Under the pieces are notes generated by a model that did no database searches, was not told where the DNA came from, and saw only the letters and a program-made list of their open reading frames with translations. Below are positions 53,400 through 64,000 of a stretch of DNA of 64,000 nt, in pieces. The stretch comes from a plasmid. The position numbers and the translations under genes are program-made. The DNA lies in NCBI RefSeq assembly GCF_056712565.1, contig NZ_JBWXXM010000003.1. One strand, given 5' to 3'. The stretch's first letter is position 1. Every line of letters starts with the position of its first letter.

Positions 53400-53770
53400 T
53401 CACTCCACAAAAAGGCTCAACAGGTTGGTGGTTCTCACCACCAAAAGCACCACACCCCACGCAAAAACAAGTTTTTGCTGATTTTTCTTTATAAATAGAG
53501 TGTTATGAAAAATTAGTTTCTCTTACTCTCTTTATGATATTTAAAAAAGCGGTATCGGCGCGGCTACAACAACGCGCCGACACCGTTTTGTAGGGGTGGT
53601 ACTGACTATTTTTATAAAAAACATTATTTTATATTAGGGGGGGCTGCTAGCGGCGCGGTGTGTTTTTTTATAGGATACCGCTAGGGGCGCTGCTAGCGGT
53701 GCGTCCCTGTTTGCATTATGAATTTTAGTGTTTCGAAATTAACTTTATTTTATGTTCAAAAAAGGTAATC
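53400..53770. other. oriT: origin of transfer (oriT), F-like, with nic region
   Basis: AAAAGCACCACACCCCAC (complement GTGGGGTGTGGTGCTTTT, F-type nic motif) at ~53443-53460; AT-rich tracts and inverted repeats (GCTGCTAGCGGCGCGGTG / CGCTGCTAGCGGTGCG) between gene X and traM. Confidence 0.8.
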
Positions 53771-53774
53771 TCTA

Positions 53775-54158
53775 ATGGCTAAGGTGAACCTGTATATCAG
53801 CAATGATGCCTATGAAAAAATAAATGCGATTATTGAGAAGCGTCGACAGGAAGGGGCAAGGGAAAAAGATGTCAGTTTTTCAGCAACAGCTTCAATGCTT
53901 CTTGAACTGGGGCTTCGTGTACATGAGGCTCAGATGGAGCGTAAAGAGTCTGCATTTAATCAGACTGAGTTTAATAAATTGCTTCTTGAATGCGTTGTAA
54001 AAACACAATCATCAGTAGCGAAAATTTTGGGTATTGAGTCTCTCAGTCCTCATGTCTCCGGAAATCCAAAGTTTGAATATGCCAATATGGTTGAAGATAT
54101 CAGGGAGAAGGTATCATCTGAGATGGAACGATTTTTTCCAAAAAATGATGATGAATAA
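53775..54158 (+). CDS. traM: TraM, relaxosome accessory protein
   Basis: 127 aa MAKVNLYISNDAYEKINAIIEKRRQEGAREKDVSFSATASMLLELGLRV... Confidence 0.9.
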   Translation: MAKVNLYISNDAYEKINAIIEKRRQEGAREKDVSFSATASMLLELGLRVHEAQMERKESAFNQTEFNKLLLECVVKTQSSVAKILGIESLSPHVSGNPKFEYANMVEDIREKVSSEMERFFPKNDDE

Positions 54159-54279
54159 AAGAAATTTGACTTCGTTCAAATATCAGAGTTTTTATGATTT
54201 AAAAAGGTGACAGTACGAAAGATAATTAGTATATTAATTACGTGGTTAATGCCACGTTAAAATTTGAAATTAAAAATCG

Positions 54280-54360
54280 CCGATGCAGGGAGACGTGAAC
54301 TCCCTGCATCGACTGTCCATAGAATCCTTTGTGAGGAGGTTCCTATGTATCCGATGGATC
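54280..54360 (-). ncRNA. finP: FinP antisense RNA (approximate position, antisense to traJ leader/start)
   Basis: By F-like organisation FinP is antisense to traJ 5' UTR and start codon (traJ ATG ~54345); not verified by structure. Confidence 0.35.
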
Positions 54361-55034
54361 GTATTCAACAAAAACATGCTCGTCAAATAGATCTGCTGGA
54401 AAATCTGACGGCAGTTATTCAGGATTATCCAAATCCAGCCTGTATCAGGGACGAAACTGGAAAATTTATTTTTTGCAATACGCTGTTTCATGAGTCATTT
54501 CTTACACAAGATCAAAGTGCTGAAAAATGGCTTCTGTCGCAGAGAGATTTTTGTGAATTGATCTCTGTCACAGAGATGGAAGCATATAGGAATGAGCATA
54601 CGCATCTTAATCTTGTAGAGGATGTTTTTATTCAGAACAGATTCTGGACAATATCTGTCCAGTCATTTCTTAATGGACACAGAAATATTATTCTGTGGCA
54701 ATTTTATGATGCTGCTCATGTTCGTCATAAAGACAGTTATAATCAAAAAACGATTGTCAGTGATGATATCAGAAATATAATCAGAAGAATGAGTGATGAT
54801 TCTTCTGTATCATCATATGTAAATGATGTCTTTTACTTATATAGCACCGGAATCAGTCATAATGCTATAGCAAGAATATTAAATATATCCATCTCCACAT
54901 CAAAGAAACACGCATCTCTGATATGCGACTACTTCTCTGTTTCTAATAAAGATGAGTTAATTATCTTACTCTACAATAAAAAGTTTATTTATTATTTATA
55001 CGAGAAAGCTATGTGTATCATAAATACGCGTTAA
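54345..55034 (+). CDS. traJ: TraJ, transfer operon activator
   Basis: 229 aa from MYPMDRIQQKHARQIDLLENL inside track ORF 54264-55034; AT-rich; position between traM and traY. Confidence 0.85.
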   Translation: MYPMDRIQQKHARQIDLLENLTAVIQDYPNPACIRDETGKFIFCNTLFHESFLTQDQSAEKWLLSQRDFCELISVTEMEAYRNEHTHLNLVEDVFIQNRFWTISVQSFLNGHRNIILWQFYDAAHVRHKDSYNQKTIVSDDIRNIIRRMSDDSSVSSYVNDVFYLYSTGISHNAIARILNISISTSKKHASLICDYFSVSNKDELIILLYNKKFIYYLYEKAMCIINTR

Positions 55035-55126
55035 TAAGGTGTTAATAAAATATAGACTTTCCGTCTATTTACCTTTTCTGATTATTCTGCAAACATAAGT
55101 GGTAACCAGAAGATAAACAGCGGGAG

Positions 55127-55528
55127 GTGTTATTGAAAAGATTTGGTACACGTTCTGCAACAGGTAAGATGGTAAAACTAAAATTACCTGTAGATGTGGA
55201 AAGTCTATTAATTGAGGCAAGTAACAGAAGCGGAAGAAGTCGATCGTTTGAGGCAGTAATAAGACTTAAAGATCATCTTCACCGCTATCCAAAGTTTAAC
55301 AGGGCAGGGAATATCTATGGTAAGTCGCTGGTTAAGTATCTGACAATGCGTCTGGATGATGAAACTAACCAGCTACTTATTGCAGCCAAAAATCGTAGTG
55401 GATGGTGTAAAACAGATGAGGCTGCAGACAGAGTTATTGATCATTTGATCAAGTTTCCTGATTTTTATAACTCGGAGATATTCAGGGAGGCAGATAAAGA
55501 GGAAGATATAACATTTAATACACTCTAG
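55127..55528 (+). CDS. traY: TraY, relaxosome accessory protein (ribbon-helix-helix)
   Basis: ...KRFGTRSATGKMVKLKLPVDVESLLIEASNRSGRSRSFEAVIRLKDHL... duplicated RHH modules; non-ATG start likely. Confidence 0.85.
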   Translation: MLLKRFGTRSATGKMVKLKLPVDVESLLIEASNRSGRSRSFEAVIRLKDHLHRYPKFNRAGNIYGKSLVKYLTMRLDDETNQLLIAAKNRSGWCKTDEAADRVIDHLIKFPDFYNSEIFREADKEEDITFNTL

Positions 55529-55560
55529 TTTTATTCATTTATCCGAAATTGAGGTAACTT

Positions 55561-55926
55561 ATGAATGCTGTTTTAAGTGTTCAGGGTGCTTCTGCGCCCG
55601 TCAAAAAGAAGTCGTTTTTTTCCAAATTCACTCGTCTGAATATGCTTCGCCTGGCTCGCGCAGTGATCCCGGCTGCTGTTCTGATGATGTTCTTCCCGCA
55701 GCTGGCGATGGCCGCCGGCAGCAGTGGTCAGGACCTGATGGCAAGCGGTAACACCACGGTTAAGGCGACCTTCGGTAAGGACTCCAGTGTTGTTAAATGG
55801 GTTGTTCTGGCTGAAGTTCTGGTCGGTGCTGTCATGTACATGATGACCAAAAACGTCAAGTTCCTGGCCGGTTTTGCCATCATCTCTGTATTTATTGCTG
55901 TGGGTATGGCCGTCGTTGGCCTCTGA
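55561..55926 (+). CDS. traA: TraA, F-pilin precursor (propilin)
   Basis: 121 aa with long leader and mature pilin [70 protein letters not shown]. Confidence 0.95.
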
Positions 55927-55940
55927 CAGGAAATAAAACG

Positions 55941-56252
55941 ATGTCGGGAGACGAGAATAAACTTAAGAAATATCGTTTCCCGGAAACACTGACCAACCAG
56001 AGCCGCTGGTTTGGCCTGCCACTGGATGAACTGATCCCCGCAGCAATCTGTATTGGCTGGGGTATCACAACATCGAAATATCTGTTCGGTATTGGTGCAG
56101 CGGTTCTGGTTTATTTCGGGATTAAAAAACTGAAAAAAGGGCGGGGCAGTTCCTGGTTACGTGACCTGATTTACTGGTATATGCCAACAGCCCTGCTGCG
56201 CGGTATTTTTCATAATGTTCCCGATTCGTGTTTCCGGCAGTGGATTAAATAG
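55941..56252 (+). CDS. traL: TraL, pilus assembly protein
   Basis: 103 aa membrane protein in F-like order after traA. Confidence 0.85.
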
Positions 56253-56273
56253 AACTGATACCAGGATTGTTAT

Positions 56274-56840
56274 ATGGAACACGGTGCCCGTTTAAGTACC
56301 AGTCGTGTAATGGCCATCGCCTTTATATTTATGTCAGTGCTTATTGTTCTCAGCCTCTCTGTTAACGTCATTCAGGGGATGAATAACTACCGTCTTCAGA
56401 ATGAGCAACGCACTGCCGTGACGCCAATGGCATTTAATGCCCCCTTTGCCGTGTCACAGAACAGTGCCGACGCCTCTTATTTACAGCAGATGGCGCTGTC
56501 ATTTATTGCCCTCCGTCTGAATGTTTCATCAGAAACCGTCGATGCCTCACATCAGGCGCTTCTGCAATATATCCGCCCGGGCGCACAGAACCAGATGAAA
56601 GTTATTCTGGCTGAAGAAGCGAAGCGTATTAAAAACGATAACGTGAACTCAGCCTTTTTCCAGACCAGTGTTCGTGTCTGGCCTCAGTATGGCCGTGTGG
56701 AAATTCGAGGTGTGCTTAAAACCTGGATTGGTGATTCAAAACCTTTCACTGATATCAAACATTACATCCTTATTCTGAAGCGGGAAAACGGGGTGACCTG
56801 GCTGGATAATTTCGGGGAAACAGACGATGAGAAAAAATAA
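56274..56840 (+). CDS. traE: TraE, pilus assembly protein
   Basis: 188 aa with N-terminal TM anchor. Confidence 0.85.
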   Translation: MEHGARLSTSRVMAIAFIFMSVLIVLSLSVNVIQGMNNYRLQNEQRTAVTPMAFNAPFAVSQNSADASYLQQMALSFIALRLNVSSETVDASHQALLQYIRPGAQNQMKVILAEEAKRIKNDNVNSAFFQTSVRVWPQYGRVEIRGVLKTWIGDSKPFTDIKHYILILKRENGVTWLDNFGETDDEKK

Positions 56841-57555
56841 TACGGCAATAATATTCGGCAGCCTGTTTTTTTCCTGCAGCGTGATGGCCGCAAACGGTAC
56901 GCTGGCCCCCACCGTGGTGCCAATGGTGAACGGTGGTCAGGCCAGTATTGCCATCAGCAATACCAGCCCGAATCTGTTTACCGTTCCCGGTGATCGGATT
57001 ATCGCCGTGAACAGTCTGGATGGTGCCCTGACCAATAATGAGCAGACCGCCTCCGGCGGTGTGGTGGTTGCCACCGTCAACAAAAAGCCCTTTACGTTCA
57101 TTCTGGAAACAGAACGTGGTCTGAATCTTTCCATTCAGGCCGTTCCCCGTGAAGGCGCGGGGCGTACCATTCAGCTGGTCAGTGACCTGCGCGGAACCGG
57201 AGAAGAAGCCGGTGCGTGGGAAACGTCCACGCCTTACGAATCCCTGCTTGTGACCATCAGCCAGGCCGTCCGTGGCGGAAAATTACCCGCAGGCTGGTAT
57301 CAGGTCCCAGTGACAAAGGAAACCCTGCAGGCCCCGGCGGGGCTGTCTTCAGTGGCAGATGCCGTATGGACGGGGAATCACCTGAAGATGGTCCGCTTTG
57401 CCGTGGAAAATAAAACGCTGTCTGCCCTGAATATCCGGGAAAGTGACTTCTGGCAGCCGGGAACCCGTGCCGTGATGTTCAGCCAGCCTGCCAGCCAGTT
57501 ACTGGCAGGTGCGCGCATGGATGTGTATGTCATCCGTGACGGGGAGGGCAACTGA
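56827..57555 (+). CDS. traK: TraK, secretin-like T4SS protein
   Basis: 242 aa with signal peptide; overlaps traE end. Confidence 0.85.
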   Translation: MRKNNTAIIFGSLFFSCSVMAANGTLAPTVVPMVNGGQASIAISNTSPNLFTVPGDRIIAVNSLDGALTNNEQTASGGVVVATVNKKPFTFILETERGLNLSIQAVPREGAGRTIQLVSDLRGTGEEAGAWETSTPYESLLVTISQAVRGGKLPAGWYQVPVTKETLQAPAGLSSVADAVWTGNHLKMVRFAVENKTLSALNIRESDFWQPGTRAVMFSQPASQLLAGARMDVYVIRDGEGN

Positions 57556-58982
57556 TGGCCAGTATCAATACCATTGTGAAACGCAAGCAGTACCTGTGGC
57601 TGGGGATTGTGGTTGTCGGTACAGCCTCCGCGATTGGTGGGGCACTGTATCTGTCTGATGTGGACATGTCCGGTAACGGTGAAACCGTGGCTGAACAGGA
57701 GCCTGTGCCGGATATGACCGGTGTGGTGGATACGACCTTTGATGACAAGGTGCGTCAGCATGCCACCACCGAGATGCAGGTGACGGCAGCGCAGATGCAG
57801 AAGCAGTATGAGGAAATCCGTCGTGAGCTGGATGTTCTGAACAAACAGCGCGGTGATGACCAGCGTCGTATTGAAAAGTTGGGACAGGACAATGCCGCCC
57901 TGGCAGAGCAGGTAAAAGCCCTGGGTGCTAATCCCGTCACGGCGACCGGTGAGCCTGTACCGCAGATGCCTGCCTCACCGCCCGGCCCGGAAGGCGAACC
58001 ACAGCCAGGAAACACCCCCGTATCCTTCCCGCCGCAGGGCAGCGTTGCTGTTCCACCGCCGACGGCGTTTTATCCCGGGAATGGTGTCACGCCACCACCA
58101 CAGGTGACGTACCAGTCTGTGCCGGTGCCTAACCGGATACAGCGTAAGGTGTTTACCCGTAATGAGGGAAAACAGGGACCATCACTGCCGTACATTCCGT
58201 CAGGAAGTTTTGCGAAAGCCATGCTGATTGAAGGGGCGGATGCCAATGCCTCTGTCACCGGTAATGAATCCACGGTGCCGATGCAGCTGCGTATCACCGG
58301 CCTGGTGGAAATGCCGAACAGCAAGACGTATGACGCAACGGGATGTTTTGTGGGTCTGGAAGCCTGGGGGGATGTGTCCAGTGAGCGTGCCATTGTACGC
58401 ACCCGCAATATCAGTTGCCTGAAGGACGGCAAAACTATTGATATGCCGATTAAGGGGCATGTCAGCTTCCGGGGTAAAAACGGTATCAAGGGCGAAGTGG
58501 TGATGCGTAACGGCAAAATCCTCGGCTGGGCATGGGGCGCGGGATTTGTTGACGGTATTGGTCAGGGAATGGAGCGCGCCTCCCAGCCGGCTGTCGGGCT
58601 GGGTGCCACAGCCGCTTACGGGGCTGGTGATGTCCTGAAAATGGGTATCGGTGGCGGCGCATCGAAAGCCGCACAGACGCTCAGTGACTACTACATCAAA
58701 CGTGCCGAACAGTATCACCCGGTGATACCGATTGGTGCGGGCAACGAAGTGACCGTGGTGTTCCAGGACGGCTTCCAGCTGAAAACCGTGGAAGAGATGG
58801 CGCTGGAACGCACGCAGAGCAGAGCGGAAGAAGACAATCCGGAAAGTCCGGTTCCTGTTCCGCCATCGGCTGAAAGTCATCTTAACGGCTTTAATACTGA
58901 CCAGATGCTGAAGCAGCTGGGCAACCTGAATCCGCAGCAGTTTATGTCCGGCAGCCAGGGAGGGGGCAACGATGGCAAATAA
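57555..58982 (+). CDS. traB: TraB, T4SS inner-membrane protein (VirB10-like)
   Basis: 475 aa, N-terminal TM, proline-rich linker, VirB10-like C-terminal domain. Confidence 0.9.
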   Translation: MASINTIVKRKQYLWLGIVVVGTASAIGGALYLSDVDMSGNGETVAEQEPVPDMTGVVDTTFDDKVRQHATTEMQVTAAQMQKQYEEIRRELDVLNKQRGDDQRRIEKLGQDNAALAEQVKALGANPVTATGEPVPQMPASPPGPEGEPQPGNTPVSFPPQGSVAVPPPTAFYPGNGVTPPPQVTYQSVPVPNRIQRKVFTRNEGKQGPSLPYIPSGSFAKAMLIEGADANASVTGNESTVPMQLRITGLVEMPNSKTYDATGCFVGLEAWGDVSSERAIVRTRNISCLKDGKTIDMPIKGHVSFRGKNGIKGEVVMRNGKILGWAWGAGFVDGIGQGMERASQPAVGLGATAAYGAGDVLKMGIGGGASKAAQTLSDYYIKRAEQYHPVIPIGAGNEVTVVFQDGFQLKTVEEMALERTQSRAEEDNPESPVPVPPSAESHLNGFNTDQMLKQLGNLNPQQFMSGSQGGGNDGK

Positions 58983-59562
58983 TATGTCGTCCCGTCAGGC
59001 GTGCCATGCCGCCCGGTATGTTGTCGCCCGGGTTCTGCGAGGACTGTTCTGGTGTCTGAAGTACACCGTCATTCTGCCACTGGCCACAATGGCCCTGATG
59101 GCTCTGTTTGTTTTATGGAAGGACAACACCACGCCGGGGAAATTACTGGTTAAGGAGATTAACTTCGTAAGACAAACAGCACCTGCCGGACAGTTCCCGG
59201 TCAGTGAATGCTGGTTTTCTTCCTCTGATTCTTCAGGCAGATCAGAAATACAGGGTATCTGCCATTACCGCGCGGCTGATGCTGCAGATTATGTCAGGGA
59301 GACTGACCGGTCACTGATGCAACTGGTCACCGCATTATGGGCAACACTGGCACTGATGTATGTCTCGCTGGCAGCGATCACCGGGAAATATCCGGTGCGA
59401 CCCGGAAAAATGAAATGTATCCGGGTGGTAACCGCAGATGAACATCTGAAGGAAGTTTATACGGAAGACGCTTCCCTGCCGGGAAAAATCAGGAAATGCC
59501 CTGTTTATCTTCCTGATGACAGAACAAACAGAAACAACGGAGATAAAAATGAACATGCGTAA
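58972..59562 (+). CDS. traP: TraP
   Basis: 196 aa membrane protein following traB. Confidence 0.75.
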   Translation: MANNMSSRQACHAARYVVARVLRGLFWCLKYTVILPLATMALMALFVLWKDNTTPGKLLVKEINFVRQTAPAGQFPVSECWFSSSDSSGRSEIQGICHYRAADAADYVRETDRSLMQLVTALWATLALMYVSLAAITGKYPVRPGKMKCIRVVTADEHLKEVYTEDASLPGKIRKCPVYLPDDRTNRNNGDKNEHA

Positions 59563-59746
59563 TATTAATGTTATTACAGCCCTCTCTGTGCCGGGTAAAA
59601 CCGTGTCAGATGATTTTATGCATGCTGTTCTCAGTAACTGCGCCACAAGAATCGTACTTCCTGCACCGGAGAAATTCGGTTCTGAGTCATTGCCGGACAA
59701 TTTTAATATGACTGCTGTCGGTGTGATGAAGAATTCAGAAATATAA
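59549..59746 (+). CDS. trbD: TrbD
   Basis: 65 aa MNMRNINVITALSVPGKTVSDDF... inside track ORF 59516-59746. Confidence 0.7.
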   Translation: MNMRNINVITALSVPGKTVSDDFMHAVLSNCATRIVLPAPEKFGSESLPDNFNMTAVGVMKNSEI

Positions 59747-59757
59747 GGAACCCTTCG

Positions 59758-60009
59758 ATGAATAAGCTGGTTTCTGATGGCAGCGTCAAAAAAATAAATT
59801 ATCCGGTGCTGTATGAGTCCGGAATAACACCTCCGTTATGTGAAGTCAGTGCACCAGAACCTGATGCGGGTGGGAAACGCATTGTGGCATATGTTTATAA
59901 ATCATCACGGAGTACGGTTTTTGAAAATCCTGACATTGTAAAAACCTGTACGGTCAGGGATTTGAAGAAGGATTTTGTGAACTGCGATGAGAAAGGTGAG
60001 GGACAATGA
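59758..60009 (+). CDS. trbG: TrbG
   Basis: 83 aa ORF between trbD and traV. Confidence 0.7.
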   Translation: MNKLVSDGSVKKINYPVLYESGITPPLCEVSAPEPDAGGKRIVAYVYKSSRSTVFENPDIVKTCTVRDLKKDFVNCDEKGEGQ

Positions 60010-60521
60010 AACAGATTTCTTTCTTTATTCCTCTGCTGGGGACCTTATTACTTTCCGGCTGTGCCGGAACCAGTACGGAATTTGAGTGTAACGCCACCAC
60101 ATCCGATACCTGTATGACGATGGAGCAGGCCAATGAGAAGGCCAAAAAACTGGAGCGGTCCTCAGAAGCAAAGCCGGTTGCGGCATCACTGCCGCGCCTG
60201 GCTGAAGGGAACTTCCGGACAATGCCGGTGCAGACCGTCACCGCGACCACTCCGTCCGGCAGCAGACCTGCGGTGACAGCACATCCGGAGCAGAAACTGC
60301 TGGCACCTCGCCCGCTGTTTACCGCTGCCCGGGAAGTGAAAACGGTTGTTCCGGTCAGTTCAGTTACGCCGGTAACACCTCCTCGTCCGCTAAGAACGGG
60401 TGAGCAGACGGCAGCATTATGGATAGCGCCTTATATTGATAACCAGGATGTTTATCATCAGCCATCCAGCGTGTTTTTTGTTATTAAACCGTCTGCGTGG
60501 GGAAAACCACGTATTAATTAA
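60006..60521 (+). CDS. traV: TraV, outer-membrane lipoprotein of T4SS core
   Basis: Lipobox LLSGCAGT; 171 aa. Confidence 0.85.
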   Translation: MKQISFFIPLLGTLLLSGCAGTSTEFECNATTSDTCMTMEQANEKAKKLERSSEAKPVAASLPRLAEGNFRTMPVQTVTATTPSGSRPAVTAHPEQKLLAPRPLFTAAREVKTVVPVSSVTPVTPPRPLRTGEQTAALWIAPYIDNQDVYHQPSSVFFVIKPSAWGKPRIN

Positions 60522-60655
60522 CTGGCCCTGAAGTTGTATATCAGCCGGCAATGCCGGCGGGCTTTCTGTATTCAAAATCTGCCTGTAAAACGAGTGCCCT
60601 GTGCGTGAAAAGGGATGGGCGGTAGCGTGTCAGAATATGTCGGGAGGAATATTCC

Positions 60656-60877
60656 GTGAGTGATGAAGCCGATGAAGCATATTCAGTGACAGAACAACTG
60701 ACCATGACAGGAATAAACCGGATACGCCAGAAAATAAATGCTCATGGTATTCCTGTTTATCTCTGTGAAGCATGCGGAAATCCTATTCCGGAAGCCCGGC
60801 GGAAAATATTTCCCGGTGTGACGTTGTGCGTTGAATGTCAGGCGTATCAGGAAAGACAGAGAAAACATTATGCATAA
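60656..60877 (+). CDS. traR: TraR, DksA/TraR-family C4 zinc finger protein
   Basis: 73 aa with CEACGNPIPEARRKIFPGVTLCVEC (CxxC...CxxC). Confidence 0.9.
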   Translation: MSDEADEAYSVTEQLTMTGINRIRQKINAHGIPVYLCEACGNPIPEARRKIFPGVTLCVECQAYQERQRKHYA

Positions 60878-61036
60878 GTCAGTCGCAGAACATAGTGATT
60901 TAATTCCGGATGAACATGAGTGGATATTCAGAAAACAGAAATCTTTGTATATGCGCCGGGAAATGGCGCGTTAATTACAGGTATTCCCTTCATGGCTACC
61001 GCATTTCTCGCTTTATTTTTCAACTAAGGAATTCAT

Positions 61037-63664
61037 GTGAATAACCCACTTGAGGCCGTCACTCAGGCGGTTAACTCCCTCGTCACAGCACTGAAACTGC
61101 CTGACGAATCCGCAAAGGCCAATGAAGTTCTGGGCGAAATGAGCTTCCCGCAGTTCAGCCGTCTGCTGCCGTACCGTGATTACAACCAGGAATCCGGTCT
61201 GTTCATGAATGACACCACGATGGGCTTTATGCTGGAAGCCATTCCCATCAATGGGGCGAATGAGTCCATTGTGGAGGCCCTCGATCACATGCTGCGCACC
61301 AAACTGCCGCGCGGTATTCCGTTGTGTATCCATCTGATGTCCAGTCAGCTGGTTGGTGACAGGATTGAATACGGGCTGCGTGAGTTCTCCTGGTCAGGTG
61401 AACAGGCTGAACGGTTTAACGCCATTACCCGGGCCTATTATATGAAAGCGGCAGCGACACAGTTTCCGCTGCCGGAGGGGATGAATCTGCCCCTGACCCT
61501 GCGCCATTACCGGGTGTTTATCTCGTACTGTTCTCCTTCGAAGAAAAAAAGCCGGGCCGACATTCTGGAAATGGAAAACCTGGTGAAAATCATCCGGGCG
61601 TCGTTACAGGGGGCCAGTATCACCACACAGACGGTGGATGCACAGGCCTTTATCGATATTGTCGGGGAGATGATTAACCATAACCCGGACTCCCTGTACC
61701 CGAAAAGACGCCAGCTGGACCCGTATTCTGATCTGAATTATCAGTGTGTGGAGGACAGTTTTGACCTGAAAGTCCGGGCTGATTACCTGACGCTGGGCCT
61801 GCGTGAGAGCGGCAGGAACAGTACGGCCCGCATCCTGAATTTCCATCTGGCCCGTAACCCGGAAATCGCTTTTTTGTGGAACATGGCCGACAACTACAGC
61901 AACCTGCTGAACCCGGAGTTGTCCATCTCCTGCCCGTTCATCCTGACGCTGACTCTGGTGGTGGAAGACCAGGTGAAAACCCACAGCGAAGCCAACCTGA
62001 AGTACATGGACCTGGAGAAAAAGTCGAAGACCTCCTATGCCAAATGGTTTCCGTCCGTGGAGAAAGAAGCGAAGGAGTGGGGGGAACTGCGTCAGCGGCT
62101 GGGCTCCGGTCAGTCCTCTGTCGTGTCCTACTTCCTCAACATCACAGCCTTCTGCAAGGACAATAATGAAACGGCACTGGAAGTGGAGCAGGACATCCTG
62201 AACAGCTTCCGTAAAAACGGTTTTGAGCTGATTTCACCGCGCTTTAACCACATGCGCAATTTCCTGACCTGTCTGCCCTTTATGGCCGGGAAAGGGTTGT
62301 TTAAACAGCTGAAAGAGGCCGGAGTGGTACAGCGCGCAGAGAGCTTTAATGTGGCCAACCTGATGCCGTTAGTGGCGGATAACCCCCTGACACCGGCAGG
62401 TCTGCTGGCACCCACCTACCGTAACCAGCTGGCGTTTATCGATATTTTCTTCCGGGGGATGAATAACACCAACTATAACATGGCGGTCTGTGGCACCTCC
62501 GGGGCCGGTAAAACCGGGCTGATACAGCCACTTATCCGCAGCGTGCTGGACTCCGGAGGCTTTGCCGTGGTGTTCGACATGGGGGATGGATACAAGTCCC
62601 TGTGTGAGAACATGGGCGGGGTGTATCTGGACGGTGAAACCCTGCGCTTTAACCCGTTTGCGAACATCACCGATATTGACCAGTCAGCGGAGCGTGTCCG
62701 TGACCAGCTGTCGGTGATGGCCAGCCCCAACGGTAACCTGGATGAAGTGCATGAAGGTCTGCTGCTGCAGGCAGTCAGGGCATCATGGCTGGCCAAAGAG
62801 AACAGGGCACGTATTGATGACGTGGTGGATTTCCTGAAAAACGCCAGTGACAGCGAGCAGTATGCCGAGTCACCGACCATCCGCAGCCGTCTGGACGAAA
62901 TGATTGTGCTGCTTGACCAGTACACTGCTAACGGCACTTATGGCCAGTATTTCAACTCCGATGAGCCGTCCCTGCGGGATGATGCGAAAATGGTGGTGCT
63001 GGAGCTGGGCGGACTGGAAGACCGTCCGTCCCTGCTGGTTGCGGTGATGTTCAGCCTTATCATTTACATTGAGAACCGGATGTACCGCACGCCGCGTAAC
63101 CTCAAGAAACTGAACGTCATTGATGAAGGCTGGCGTCTGCTGGACTTCAAAAATCACAAGGTCGGTGAATTTATTGAGAAAGGCTACCGTACCGCCCGCC
63201 GTCATACCGGTGCCTATATCACCATCACCCAGAACATCGTCGACTTTGACTCTGACAAGGCCTCCAGTGCGGCCCGTGCAGCATGGGGTAACTCCTCCTA
63301 CAAAATTATCCTCAAACAGAGTGCGAAGGAGTTCGCGAAATACAACCAGCTGTATCCGGACCAGTTCCTGCCACTGCAGCGTGACATGATTGGTAAGTTC
63401 GGTGCGGCCAAAGATCAGTGGTTCAGTTCCTTCCTGCTGCAGGTGGAAAACCATTCCTCCTGGCACCGCCTGTTTGTGGACCCGTTAAGCCGCGCCATGT
63501 ACAGCTCTGACGGCCCGGATTTTGAGTTTGTGCAGCAGAAACGTAAAGAGGGGCTGAGTATTCATGAGGCAGTGTGGCAGCTGGCGTGGAAGAAGTCAGG
63601 GCCGGAGATGGCTTCGCTGGAAGCCTGGCTGGAAGAACATGAGAAATACAGGAGTGTTGCATGA
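61037..63664 (+). CDS. traC: TraC, T4SS ATPase (VirB4-like)
   Basis: 875 aa, Walker A GTSGAGKT, VirB4-like architecture. Confidence 0.9.
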   Translation: MNNPLEAVTQAVNSLVTALKLPDESAKANEVLGEMSFPQFSRLLPYRDYNQESGLFMNDTTMGFMLEAIPINGANESIVEALDHMLRTKLPRGIPLCIHLMSSQLVGDRIEYGLREFSWSGEQAERFNAITRAYYMKAAATQFPLPEGMNLPLTLRHYRVFISYCSPSKKKSRADILEMENLVKIIRASLQGASITTQTVDAQAFIDIVGEMINHNPDSLYPKRRQLDPYSDLNYQCVEDSFDLKVRADYLTLGLRESGRNSTARILNFHLARNPEIAFLWNMADNYSNLLNPELSISCPFILTLTLVVEDQVKTHSEANLKYMDLEKKSKTSYAKWFPSVEKEAKEWGELRQRLGSGQSSVVSYFLNITAFCKDNNETALEVEQDILNSFRKNGFELISPRFNHMRNFLTCLPFMAGKGLFKQLKEAGVVQRAESFNVANLMPLVADNPLTPAGLLAPTYRNQLAFIDIFFRGMNNTNYNMAVCGTSGAGKTGLIQPLIRSVLDSGGFAVVFDMGDGYKSLCENMGGVYLDGETLRFNPFANITDIDQSAERVRDQLSVMASPNGNLDEVHEGLLLQAVRASWLAKENRARIDDVVDFLKNASDSEQYAESPTIRSRLDEMIVLLDQYTANGTYGQYFNSDEPSLRDDAKMVVLELGGLEDRPSLLVAVMFSLIIYIENRMYRTPRNLKKLNVIDEGWRLLDFKNHKVGEFIEKGYRTARRHTGAYITITQNIVDFDSDKASSAARAAWGNSSYKIILKQSAKEFAKYNQLYPDQFLPLQRDMIGKFGAAKDQWFSSFLLQVENHSSWHRLFVDPLSRAMYSSDGPDFEFVQQKRKEGLSIHEAVWQLAWKKSGPEMASLEAWLEEHEKYRSVA

Positions 63665-64000
63665 CCACAACGCAAAAAACGACTGACGTTACAGCCCCCC
63701 GACGCAGCCACTGGTGGTGGACGGTGCCGGGATGCCTGGCAATGGTGTTACTGAACGCAGCCATCAGTTACGGCATTGTCAGACTGAACGCACCGGTGAC
63801 TGCCGCCTTCAACATGAAACAGACCGTGGATGCGTTTTTTGACAGCGCCAGTCAGAAACAACTGTCAGAAGCACAGTCAAAAGCCCTTTCAGCGCGTTTT
63901 AACACGGCACTGGAAGCCAGCCTGCAGGCATGGCAGCAGAAACACCACGCGGTCATTCTGGTGTCGCCTGCCGTGGTACAGGGGGCTCCGGATATCACCC
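63661..64000 (+). CDS. trbI: TrbI, partial (runs off window end)
   Basis: MTTTQKTTDVTAPRRSHWWWTVPGCLAMVLLNAAISYGIVRLN... start overlaps traC stop. Confidence 0.75.
   Translation, partial: MTTTQKTTDVTAPRRSHWWWTVPGCLAMVLLNAAISYGIVRLNAPVTAAFNMKQTVDAFFDSASQKQLSEAQSKALSARFNTALEASLQAWQQKHHAVILVSPAVVQGAPDIT

Noticed and set aside
58200-58880. 226-aa ORF antisense to traB (and 58070-58516, 62870-63466 antisense to traB/traC)
   Set aside because: Antisense to strongly supported tra genes, no RBS, no recognisable domain.

Overview
This window reads as a segment of an IncF (RepFIB) ColV/APEC-type virulence plasmid from Enterobacteriaceae; all calls are from reading the sequence and ORF translations by eye, with no database search run. 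In order: a partial IS3-family IS (IS629-like) and a transposase remnant; the AT-rich ompT-hlyF-mig-14 cluster; the RepFIB replicon (int, repA, iterons on both sides); an IS21-family istA remnant abutting a frameshifted umuC-like fragment; IS1 copy 1; sitABCD with Fur/MntR-like boxes; a 3' enolase fragment; crcB; shiF-iucABCD-iutA with a Fur box; IS1 copies 2 and 3 in direct orientation bracketing a 6.2 kb AT-rich accessory segment; sopAB-sopC; an AT-rich two-gene module next to an IS110-family transposase; an F-like leading region (klcA-like, orphan methylase, ssb, parB-like, psiB-psiA, hok, three Frpo-like repeats); oriT; and traM-traJ-traY-traA-traL-traE-traK-traB-traP-trbD-trbG-traV-traR-traC-trbI(partial). 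The best candidate for an undescribed system is the IS1-bracketed segment (27733-33973): it holds uncharacterised genes (a PD-(D/E)xK-like ORF capped by IS1, small membrane proteins, a 500-aa internally duplicated protein), four copies of a TGGAC-N14-GTCCA palindrome, a ~105-bp hairpin element with compensatory base changes, and two tandem DinQ/TisB-like 31-codon ORFs whose start codons sit inside perfect hairpins. Coordinates I derived by hand may be off by 1-2 nt.
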